From a virus, in IMG/VR virus record IMGVR_UViG_3300032116_000122, positions 1 to 64,000 of that record: 64,000 nt of DNA; one strand, given 5' to 3'. Both the position numbers and the translations under genes were made by a program. Each line of letters starts with the position of its first letter. Position 1 is the first letter of the stretch. Below, one piece after another: positions 1 through 7,365 of the stretch. A model generated the notes under the pieces. That model saw only the letters and a program-made list of their open reading frames with translations, was not told the origin of the DNA and did no database searches.

Positions 1-306
1 TGGTGCTTTCGCGCTGGTTGTCTTGATGTGCTACATCACGTCACATTACGATTTGGCCAGCACTACACGACAGTAACAGTGTTAGGATTACCTACCATAT
101 TGTAGGCCTGTTACTACGCTTGCCGTGATACTGCCCACGGCTGCAACCTGTGTAATATAGAAACGGGAAGCCATTACACGTGCTTTGGTTTATGAACCAC
201 TACCCTATGGGATACACCCAACACGTTTCTATTGCGTGCCTGCACACTTATGGTCCTGCAGAACCATGCACTTAGTGCCTAGGTCGGCTGTACATCACCG
301 CCCAGA
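1..306 (-). ncRNA. Large, densely structured non-coding RNA (GOLLD-like candidate), truncated by the window edge
   Basis: Paired segments: 11-17/57-63, 72-79/108-115, 122-127/136-141, 150-156/173-179, 250-256/261-267, plus a 9-bp pseudoknot 157-165/224-232. C-A mismatches on + become G-U pairs on -. No ORF over most of the span; lies downstream of a tRNA. Confidence 0.55.
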
Positions 307-308
307 TC

Positions 309-524
309 TCAGCCCTTGAAGTTGCGACGAATCGCTTCCGGATCACCGATCCAGAAGAAGCCGGTGCCACAACTCTTGGCAAGCCACTCGTCAAGGAGTT
401 TATGATAGAACTCCTTGTCGACCAGCGGGCTGGACTCTTTCTCCAGCTCACCACATTCGTGACACACGTCACTGTGCACAGGACCCTTGCGGGTCATGTA
501 CTCTATCTCACCACAAAAGCGCAT
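309..524 (-). CDS. Small hypothetical protein with CxxC
   Basis: 71 aa; purine-rich RBS (AGAAAGGGGG) upstream; CHEC motif. Confidence 0.6.
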   Translation of the reverse strand: MRFCGEIEYMTRKGPVHSDVCHECGELEKESSPLVDKEFYHKLLDEWLAKSCGTGFFWIGDPEAIRRNFKG

Positions 525-550
525 TTTGCGCCCCCTTTCTGTTAGTGGAG

Positions 551-623
551 TGGGGCGTGTAGGGATCGAACCTACGACCGAGGAATTATGAGTTCCCTGC
601 TCTAACCACTGAGCTAACGCCCC
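551..623 (-). tRNA. tRNA with CAU anticodon (probably Ile2, otherwise elongator Met)
   Basis: GGGGCGT-TAGCTCAGTGGTTAGAGC-A-GGGAA-CTCATAA-TTCCT-CGGTC-GTAGG-TTCGATC-CCTAC-ACGCCCC-A; canonical cloverleaf, paired 1:72 so not initiator, no encoded CCA. Confidence 0.95.
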
Positions 624-625
624 AA

Positions 626-766
626 GTGAGCATTTTTACGACATACTCAGGTCGGCGTGGTGCATAACGGATGCGGCTTATCCACGACTACCGCACCGGC
701 CCTCCGCATAATATTACCCGCAGAGGGGTGGGTTGAGCAGTATTGTTATGCCTTGCTCAGAGGCAT
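626..766 (-). ncRNA. Tandem H-type pseudoknots directly upstream of the tRNA
   Basis: ATGCCT-C-TGAGCA-AGGCAT-AACAATAC-TGCTCA (766-734) and CGAC-C-TGAGTA-T-GTCG-TAAAAA-TGCTCA (654-627) share architecture; hairpin and a third possible pseudoknot lie between them. Confidence 0.55.
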
Positions 767-834
767 CTGATTGACGGGTGGCAAGCCCCAGTTAGTCCCG
801 ACAGAAGGGGGAAGTCCTGTCTCGTGCCTTTTGA

Positions 835-1083
835 TCAGATCTTGTTGAGGCAAAGCCGAGGCTTCGCCACGTACTGACCGATTCCGATGTTTGCACCCCT
901 GTAGATGCACTGGAGGCGCTCAGCCACGGGCTGGTTCTCGGGCGTGACACGTGGCCCACTCGCTTGGGTCAGCCAAGTCAAAGCGGTCAGGGCGTCTGCC
1001 CTGAGCCTGAGCCACTCACCATGGCTTGAGGGGTTTTCCCCCTCCAAGAGGAGCGCCAACTCCTCAATTTCCTTGATGTTCAT
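835..1083 (-). CDS. Hypothetical protein
   Basis: ATG 1083 preceded by AGGAAGGG; 82 aa; GC-rich codons. Confidence 0.6.
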   Translation of the reverse strand: MNIKEIEELALLLEGENPSSHGEWLRLRADALTALTWLTQASGPRVTPENQPVAERLQCIYRGANIGIGQYVAKPRLCLNKI

Positions 1084-1157
1084 TATTTTTTGCCCTTCCT
1101 GATAATGCTCCACTCAATCATGGTGGAGTCAATGGTTGATACAGTCAATAAGATCTT

Positions 1158-1336
1158 GCCAGTGCATGGATCAGCCAGTCTCGCAAGGGGGTAAGACGGC
1201 GATCAACACACACTGGCTTATGCTATGTATACGCCTATGTGCTAATAGCAACTACAAACGGGGGGTGAGTAGTGCTAAAGCAGACGTTGCACTCAGATAA
1301 CGTTGTACAACGAAAGCATAGGCCCATACATAGGCA
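1158..1336. other. Structured intergenic segment (long stem-loop plus multibranch)
   Basis: GCCAGTG 1158-1164/CACTGGC 1211-1217 with nested pairs; TATGTAT 1224-1230/ATACATA 1326-1332; GCCTATG 1233-1239/CATAGGC 1317-1323. Confidence 0.35.
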
Positions 1337-1341
1337 CAAGT

Positions 1342-1416
1342 TGTGACATTTGTCACATGGTAGTGACAATTGCCACACGGTGAGACATTTGTCACATGGC
1401 TATGACAATTGTCACA
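1342..1416. promoter_or_regulatory. Four tandem 16-bp palindromic boxes matching the CRP/GlxR consensus TGTGA-N6-TCACA
   Basis: tgtgacatttgtcaca (1342), agtgacaattgccaca (1362), tgagacatttgtcaca (1381), tatgacaattgtcaca (1401); period 20/19/20. Confidence 0.7.
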
Positions 1417-1500
1417 CTAGGCACCTCGTACTGGACGGCGCGCCGTTTGCGACGCTATCCGGTCCAGCCAGACGCAGGGAGCAGAGATGCTCCACACACT

Positions 1501-1531
1501 ACGGTCGTGGCAGAAACACGGTCGTGGCAGA
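1501..1531. repeat. 14-bp direct repeat, two copies
   Basis: acggtcgtggcaga at 1501 and 1518. Confidence 0.8.
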
Positions 1532-1541
1532 GGCAAAGAAA

Positions 1542-1569
1542 TAATGCCCCCCATTTCTGGGGGGCATTA
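1542..1569 (-). terminator. Intrinsic terminator of 1582-2172
   Basis: 12-bp stem taatgcccccca/tggggggcatta followed by TTTCTTT on the - strand. Confidence 0.8.
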
Positions 1570-1581
1570 CTCCTCATCAGG

Positions 1582-2172
1582 TCAGGCGTTGACGCCCAAC
1601 TTGGCGGAGGCGAGATTGCTCATCGCCACGAGACGCTCAAGGAACTTGCGTCCCTCAGGAGTCAGGGTGTCGAGAGCACACACCTTGGCGGCATGGTCGA
1701 ACCACGTCTGAGACACCTTGTCCATCTGGACTTGGTACTGCTCATTGGTCAGTTCATCCTTGCTCTTGGTCTCCTTGCCAATCCGCTGAAGCAACGTGTA
1801 AGCGTTCTTCTGCGTCTTGGCAGTTGCCAATGCCAGTTCCACTTGGTCCACTTCCTTCTCCATCAGGAGTTGGAACGCACCGTAGTAGTTGGTGAATGGC
1901 TGAGAACCGGCGAGCGACGACACGGTGTTCGGGAGCGACGCGAACCGTCCGAATGCGACGATGAGTCGCCCGAATCCGTTCGGAGCCTTGCCGATGGTTT
2001 CCGTCCACGCCTTGGCGACTTCCGAGGTTTCGACCTTCTCCGGAGAGAGTTGAGCGATCTCGTTCGCCACCTTGGCGAGGTCCGCGAAGAATGTCTCCGC
2101 AGCCGCGCGAGCGGTCTGGAACGCACCGTGTCGGCGGATACCCTCCGCCAACCTGCTGATTAGTGTGGACAT
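1582..2172 (-). CDS. Hypothetical, probably helical protein (possible early gene)
   Basis: ATG 2172 with AGGAAGG RBS; strong GC3 bias; own terminator. Confidence 0.75.
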   Translation of the reverse strand: MSTLISRLAEGIRRHGAFQTARAAAETFFADLAKVANEIAQLSPEKVETSEVAKAWTETIGKAPNGFGRLIVAFGRFASLPNTVSSLAGSQPFTNYYGAFQLLMEKEVDQVELALATAKTQKNAYTLLQRIGKETKSKDELTNEQYQVQMDKVSQTWFDHAAKVCALDTLTPEGRKFLERLVAMSNLASAKLGVNA

Positions 2173-2454
2173 GAGTTGCCATACCTTCCTGCCCGTAGGC
2201 ATTATTCGGCTCGGGAATGAGCCTAAGTGGGGGCACGACCAAGCACTTGCGTGCTACGCGACTTGCGTCGCTAGGTGCGTGTTCCCTACCTACCACCATT
2301 ATGACGACGCCCACGATGCCTCCCCCGTAGGGCCCAGCCCCCAATGAGCACCCAACTACGCAATAGCCCTATTCTGCAACTTAACCGGTTACAACGTAAA
2401 GCCGCCCAACCGACAAGTGAGCTATAATAGACCTATTCTATTAGGAGGTAAACC

Positions 2455-3300
2455 ATGGCTGAATTACTGAGGAATAGTAAAGAAACCTGGGTTGATGCTG
2501 ATGACTTTGGGGGGTCATTTGATCGTAACAGAACTTTCCGTCTCGCTGACCCTGAAGCTCATATACGTAGACTAACCTCATTTACCTCTGGTATGGGGAA
2601 TGTTGCTTCTACTCACCCAGTATTTAGTAACAAACGAATGTATATTTCTCCAACTAGAGGGGAACAACACGTACCTAGCAATCTGATCAGGGTTGACGAA
2701 CATGATGAAGGGCTGATCCACACATCAGGTCACCTAGATGAGGCTAACACTGCAGCTTTACGTTTCGGCTACAAAGACGTAAACGACTACACCAACCGTG
2801 TTAGGTCGGGGAATGTAGATAAAGATGTCGAATCTGCCAGTACGCACTTAATATCTACTAGAATGCCATATACCCATCATATAGATATCATACCTGGAGA
2901 GCCTGGGTGGAGAAACGAACATGATGCGTTTACCGCAAAACTTATTGCTGCCGAGCACGACCCGCATTGGGGGTATACTGTGGAAGACGCAAAGTGGCAA
3001 GCATTTGGAGATGACACACAGAGTAGTAACTTTAGAGAGGCCATGGGCGAGTTAAGACACAGAGTACGGGGGGTTCTGCGCGACCCCAGTTCTCCAAGAG
3101 CTCGTGAAATAATGGAACACGCATTAGCAAACCCTGTACATCAGCCACAGCTGAGAGGTTGGGACCCAGAGAGGTTTAGTCCACAATTCCTTAAAATAAT
3201 ACAGCAATCTCGTAGAGGTCACGATGTTGCAGAAGACGTAGTTGACCTTAGCACTGGTACTTGGGCCAAGATCCACCCAGACGAATACTTCCCAACGTGA
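2455..3300 (+). CDS. Hypothetical protein
   Basis: 281 aa; AGGAGG RBS; TATAAT at 2423. Confidence 0.8.
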   Translation: MAELLRNSKETWVDADDFGGSFDRNRTFRLADPEAHIRRLTSFTSGMGNVASTHPVFSNKRMYISPTRGEQHVPSNLIRVDEHDEGLIHTSGHLDEANTAALRFGYKDVNDYTNRVRSGNVDKDVESASTHLISTRMPYTHHIDIIPGEPGWRNEHDAFTAKLIAAEHDPHWGYTVEDAKWQAFGDDTQSSNFREAMGELRHRVRGVLRDPSSPRAREIMEHALANPVHQPQLRGWDPERFSPQFLKIIQQSRRGHDVAEDVVDLSTGTWAKIHPDEYFPT

Positions 3301-3352
3301 GATTGAAGTATAGTTGGGGTAGTAAAAATTTGCGGGTTTGACTGAGGCGATT

Positions 3353-3709
3353 ATGGCTAAAATGAAAAAACTGTCTGATGAAGAAGTATTGAAGGCTGGG
3401 TACCGTGACGACCCGTATAAAGGTTATAACCCTAGTCGAATTAATGATATTACTGAACACAATCTAATTGGTAAGAAGCGTAAAGAGATAGCTGAGCATA
3501 ATAAACGCTATGAAGCATTGTCTAAGCCTGCAAATGACGCCAAACTGAATGCTGAGTGGTTCTACAGGACCAACCCTGATGTGGACCGCATGGACGATGA
3601 AGGTAACGTTATTAACAAACCTGACTGGAAAGCATGTTCTACTAACACCAGATACGGGAGCTTTTCTCACGGAAGCAACAACTGCGCGTGTAACGGCGGA
3701 AATTGCTAA
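3353..3709 (+). CDS. Hypothetical protein with Cys-containing C-terminus
   Basis: GAGG RBS before ATG 3353; ends HGSNNCACNGGNC. Confidence 0.7.
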   Translation: MAKMKKLSDEEVLKAGYRDDPYKGYNPSRINDITEHNLIGKKRKEIAEHNKRYEALSKPANDAKLNAEWFYRTNPDVDRMDDEGNVINKPDWKACSTNTRYGSFSHGSNNCACNGGNC

Positions 3710-3730
3710 TTATTGTATTAAGGATGAGCT

Positions 3731-4222
3731 ATGAACACAACATTTGACGACGACGAAGGTGACGACGAGCCAGATGAGTCTACTCCTCAGGAAGTGCGCA
3801 GGCGTAACCACCCGAGCATGAGTGGGCGTAAGAAGGTTTCTCCTCTAAACCCACGACAATTCTACGCTCAGGACATGCATTTTACGATGGTTAGAGACTT
3901 AACATCGGATGATGGGCAAAGAACACACCGAGAATACGCTATTGGTGAAGACTCACTAGATCAACCATCCGTAAAAACTCACATAACACCACTTTATGAG
4001 GGCTCATCTGACTGGCAAGTTAACATAATTGGGCCTAAAGGGCCTGTTAAATCACCATTTTGGGGTGTTTCATCTCGTAAAAGAGCCGAAATGGTCGAGC
4101 GCGGTATGGTAAGTCGACTAGCTGGACCCACTGGTGACATAACAAAGACAGCAGTTAGGCAGTATGATGACGTTCAAGAGGGTATAAAAGCCCTTGAACA
4201 GTCAGCAAACGAGGAAAAATAG
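3731..4222 (+). CDS. Hypothetical protein
   Basis: 163 aa; AAGGA RBS; acidic N-terminus. Confidence 0.75.
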   Translation: MNTTFDDDEGDDEPDESTPQEVRRRNHPSMSGRKKVSPLNPRQFYAQDMHFTMVRDLTSDDGQRTHREYAIGEDSLDQPSVKTHITPLYEGSSDWQVNIIGPKGPVKSPFWGVSSRKRAEMVERGMVSRLAGPTGDITKTAVRQYDDVQEGIKALEQSANEEK

Positions 4223-4287
4223 TGTAAATTAGGTGTTTTAGGCTAAAAATTGCTTAAAAATCATAAATAGTTAAACTAGGAGGCATA

Positions 4288-4974
4288 ATGATCGTAGTGG
4301 GTACCACTTTAACTGCTTTTGCAATGGACCAACAGCCACTTTGGGCAAGTTGGCTTACTAACCTTGAATTGCTTAAAGCCAGCCACAACGAAGAGGTTTG
4401 CTATTTTGCTGCTATTGAGGTAGATAAGCGCGGATTAGAGCCATTTAAGCCATTAATTGACTCTTTAAACCTAATAAACGGTCAATATTTCTCATATTCT
4501 TACGATGACACCAGGACTGAGGTTACTAGTGGCAATAGAATCCCGCATATATGCGCTGGAAGGAATATTGTGCAAGATTTTGCATTAGCAAGGCACGCCA
4601 GTCATATTTTGTTCCTAGACTCTGACACAACTCCTGATCAGCAGACTTTCCCCAAACTTCTTGAAATGAACCACGATTTAGTAGGTGGTGAAGTGGGCAC
4701 ATACTGCCTATCAGGGCCTGTTGTTGACAAATACCCATTTCCAGTACAAGAACATTGGAATACAGCTGGTTATTTACTTGCTTCAAAAAGGGTTTACTCA
4801 AGAATTCGCTGGAGATGGGATTGGTCTTTGAGCGACGACCCATGCTACGCTATGGACGCTAAGGAATTCTTAGGAGTCCCAACGTACGTAAGAAAAGACT
4901 GCATTGGTAGGCACTACCCAGAGTGTATTTCTCCTTTAGAAAACCGAGGGTACAACAGAACTGTAGTAATTTAA
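4288..4974 (+). CDS. Glycosyltransferase, GT-A fold (GT2-like)
   Basis: GRNIVQDFAL...HILFLDSD (DxD), SDDPCY; AGGAGG RBS. Confidence 0.75.
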   Translation: MIVVGTTLTAFAMDQQPLWASWLTNLELLKASHNEEVCYFAAIEVDKRGLEPFKPLIDSLNLINGQYFSYSYDDTRTEVTSGNRIPHICAGRNIVQDFALARHASHILFLDSDTTPDQQTFPKLLEMNHDLVGGEVGTYCLSGPVVDKYPFPVQEHWNTAGYLLASKRVYSRIRWRWDWSLSDDPCYAMDAKEFLGVPTYVRKDCIGRHYPECISPLENRGYNRTVVI

Positions 4975-5630
4975 TTATTAAATTTACTGTAGAACAGTTC
5001 TGCGTCATCTCCGGTCATAGCTAACAGTTCTGGATGAGCCGAAGCGGTAGTTGACGCGTAGTGAAGAACTGGAGCTCCTAAAGCTATACCGATTCTGTAA
5101 CCATGGCGAATTGTGTTTTCAAACAGCTCATCATCTCCGTACCATAGGTTATAACCTTCATCTATTGGCGGAACTACCCCCCATAGGTTACTTTTTACTA
5201 AAAATGCACAACCCCAAATTCCATATTTTCTATATGATCCATCACATTGTTTAAACCCAGCGGTAAAGTCTGATCCGTCAGACAAACTCCTATTGTAATT
5301 AAGACCAACAATACCCACAGTTGGATCATCCATCAAAACACGTTGGGCCACCTCTATTGAGTTTTCGTGAAGTTCTATGTCATCATTTAATAGAGTTACA
5401 GACTCATAACCATTTTCGTGGGCCTTTTTCCAGGCGTCGTTCCACATTCTGTAGAATTTCCAACCGTGGGCGTTGACTATTTCTCCCTGATGGTTGTTTA
5501 TGGCAGATACGCCTTCTTCAGAAGTGTGACCGTTGTCGTATATGACAACATCATAGTTTTTTAAAAAAGATAACAACGGAGATAACATTTGCCAATTTGA
5601 TCTAGTTGGAATTGCAATTAATGTTCCCAT
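4971..5630 (-). CDS. Glycosyltransferase family 2
   Basis: IAIPT, VIYDNG, LLNDDI, WGCAFLV, WYGDDEL motifs. Confidence 0.85.
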   Translation of the reverse strand: MGTLIAIPTRSNWQMLSPLLSFLKNYDVVIYDNGHTSEEGVSAINNHQGEIVNAHGWKFYRMWNDAWKKAHENGYESVTLLNDDIELHENSIEVAQRVLMDDPTVGIVGLNYNRSLSDGSDFTAGFKQCDGSYRKYGIWGCAFLVKSNLWGVVPPIDEGYNLWYGDDELFENTIRHGYRIGIALGAPVLHYASTTASAHPELLAMTGDDAELFYSKFNN

Positions 5631-5678
5631 ATTGACCCCTTTAGTACTATAATTGAGCTGACGTTAGAAAGGTTTACA

Positions 5679-6230
5679 ATGACAAGACTATGTGATTTTG
5701 CTAAAGATACCGACAAACTGTCGGCTCACCAGTATATACACGTGTATGAAGCCCTATTAGAACCAATACGAAACACCGCAAAGAATGTTCTTGAAATTGG
5801 TATTTATTGGGGCGGCTCAATACGCATGTGGAAATCCTACTTTCCAAACGCAACGATTCACTGCATGGACGTTCACGACAACTGCAACGGATTTAAAGGA
5901 GAAGACCGCATCTCTCCTGTATACCTAGACGCGTACTCTGAGGAGGCTCTAGGCAAAGTGTCACATATTAAGTTTGATTTTATGATAGATGACGGCCCTC
6001 ACACCCTTGAATCTCAACAGTATTTTGTTAATAAATATAGTTCGTTGTTATCACCAAATGGAATACTAGTAGTAGAGGATATACCCCACCCTGAATGGAT
6101 ACCAGCGCTTACTGAGGCAACCCCTGATTCGTTAAAACCATACAGCTATGGTATTGACCGCCGATGGGTTCCAGGACGCAATAGCATAAACGACGAACTA
6201 ATATTTGTTATAGACAAACGGTATGTATGA
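5679..6230 (+). CDS. Class I SAM-dependent (sugar O-) methyltransferase
   Basis: TDK..HQY, VLEIGIYWGGS, FDFMIDDGPH, GILVVEDI. Confidence 0.85.
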   Translation: MTRLCDFAKDTDKLSAHQYIHVYEALLEPIRNTAKNVLEIGIYWGGSIRMWKSYFPNATIHCMDVHDNCNGFKGEDRISPVYLDAYSEEALGKVSHIKFDFMIDDGPHTLESQQYFVNKYSSLLSPNGILVVEDIPHPEWIPALTEATPDSLKPYSYGIDRRWVPGRNSINDELIFVIDKRYV

Positions 6231-6982
6231 TTGTTGATAGCTTTTTATTTGGCTGGGAACTTGACATGCTTGAGTGCCGCCTAATTGAGCTCTACGATGT
6301 AGTTGACAAGTTTTATCTTATTGAATCTTCAGTAACTTTTCAAGGATCTTCAAAACCCCTAATATACAAAAATAACTTAGATCGGTTTAAAGAGTGGTCC
6401 GATAAAATTGTCTATATTGAAGCAGAACTCCCAATAACCGACAATCCATGGGAAAGGGAGTACGCCGCTAGGGATTCTTTAAAAACGTATTTACAAGAAC
6501 TTAGTGACGACACAATTATCCTACACGGTGACGTAGACGAAATACCGACTAGAGAGTTTATTACAAACTTACCTAACACCCTGCGTTATGGGGAAATAAT
6601 CGTGCTTGATCATGCGTTCTATTCTATGGCTGTTGATTGGGAACACCCAGAAACAATTACTGGAATTGTAGTTAGTCACAAAAAGACTTTAAATAACTTG
6701 AGTATAAGCGCGTGGAGGCGAATGCGCACGACTACTAGGTCGGTAGCCAACGGTTGGCACTTTACTTGGCTGGGTGGCGAAGAGTTTATAAAATTAAAAG
6801 CAGCTTCTTTTTCCCACACTGAAACACATATTCAAGAATATATTCGACAAATGGGTGGGAAGCTGTATACTGATGGGTATCATGTTCTTGGTGAAAAACT
6901 CATACCTGTTGACATTGACAATACGTACCCTGAGTATATAAAGACACGGCGCTGCCCGCAAACATGGTTGCGCCCCCGCTAG
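6227..6982 (+). CDS. Glycosyltransferase family 17 (MGAT3-like)
   Basis: ELDMLECRLIELYDVVDKFYLIESSVTFQG..KPL, WERE, GDVDEIP, GWHFTWLGG. Confidence 0.85.
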   Translation: MIVDSFLFGWELDMLECRLIELYDVVDKFYLIESSVTFQGSSKPLIYKNNLDRFKEWSDKIVYIEAELPITDNPWEREYAARDSLKTYLQELSDDTIILHGDVDEIPTREFITNLPNTLRYGEIIVLDHAFYSMAVDWEHPETITGIVVSHKKTLNNLSISAWRRMRTTTRSVANGWHFTWLGGEEFIKLKAASFSHTETHIQEYIRQMGGKLYTDGYHVLGEKLIPVDIDNTYPEYIKTRRCPQTWLRPR

Positions 6983-7055
6983 CCGGGTGATGCGTCCGGT
7001 TGACGCAAGGTGTCTTATAAACACCGGTAGACGGGTTCAACTCCCGTACCCGGCA
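6982..7055 (+). tRNA. tRNA-Ile(UAU) with non-canonical D arm
   Basis: GCCGGGT-GA-TGCGTC-CGGTT-GACGCA-A-GGTGT-CTTATAA-ACACC-GGTAG-ACGGG-TTCAACT-CCCGT-ACCCGGC-A; all four stems perfectly paired; anticodon TAT at 7016-7018. Confidence 0.85.
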
Positions 7056-7072
7056 CTGTTATAATTGATAAC

Positions 7073-7237
7073 ATGGTTGTTACTTACACTATCAGCACTC
7101 CAATGATGCACGATGCGCGTAGCATTGCTATGCGCCGTGCTACGGCAGAGGGTTGGGGTAGAGTGTCAGTAACTAACGTGAAGCAAGTTGGCGCACAAGC
7201 TTATGAAGTTACTTTGATAGTTTCTAAGTACTCATGA
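7073..7237 (+). CDS. Small hypothetical protein (54 aa, not in ORF track)
   Basis: MVVTYTISTPMMHDARS...; TATAAT 7060-7065 7 nt upstream; ATGA overlap with next gene. Confidence 0.65.
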   Translation: MVVTYTISTPMMHDARSIAMRRATAEGWGRVSVTNVKQVGAQAYEVTLIVSKYS

Positions 7238-7365
7238 GCGACGAAAAGCAGTGTGATACCTCTACACAGTGTGTTTACTGTGGTGGTCAGCTGGTTCCAG
7301 AACACGCACACTATAAGTGCAAAGACTGTGGTAGACGTGACGCATGCTGTGAAGGAGTATATTGA
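7234..7365 (+). CDS. Small zinc-finger protein (43 aa, not in ORF track)
   Basis: CVYCGGQLVPEHAHYKCKDCGRRDACC; coupled to both neighbours. Confidence 0.75.
   Translation: MSDEKQCDTSTQCVYCGGQLVPEHAHYKCKDCGRRDACCEGVY

Noticed and set aside
458-473. Single CRP-like site cgtga-N6-tcact
   Set aside because: Isolated, imperfect and inside a coding region; plausible by chance
551-623. tRNA as prophage attachment site or host boundary
   Set aside because: No integrase, duplicated tRNA end or host genes in the window
767-830. Hammerhead ribozyme at CTGATTGA
   Set aside because: Core does not match CUGANGA...GAAA; only simple hairpins are present
1342-1416. Mini-CRISPR array
   Set aside because: Gaps between the palindromes are only 3-4 bp
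1396-2344. Long overlapping ORFs 1396-2163 (+) and 1754-2344 (-)
   Set aside because: Shadow frames of the GC-rich 1582-2172 gene, which has the RBS, codon bias and terminator
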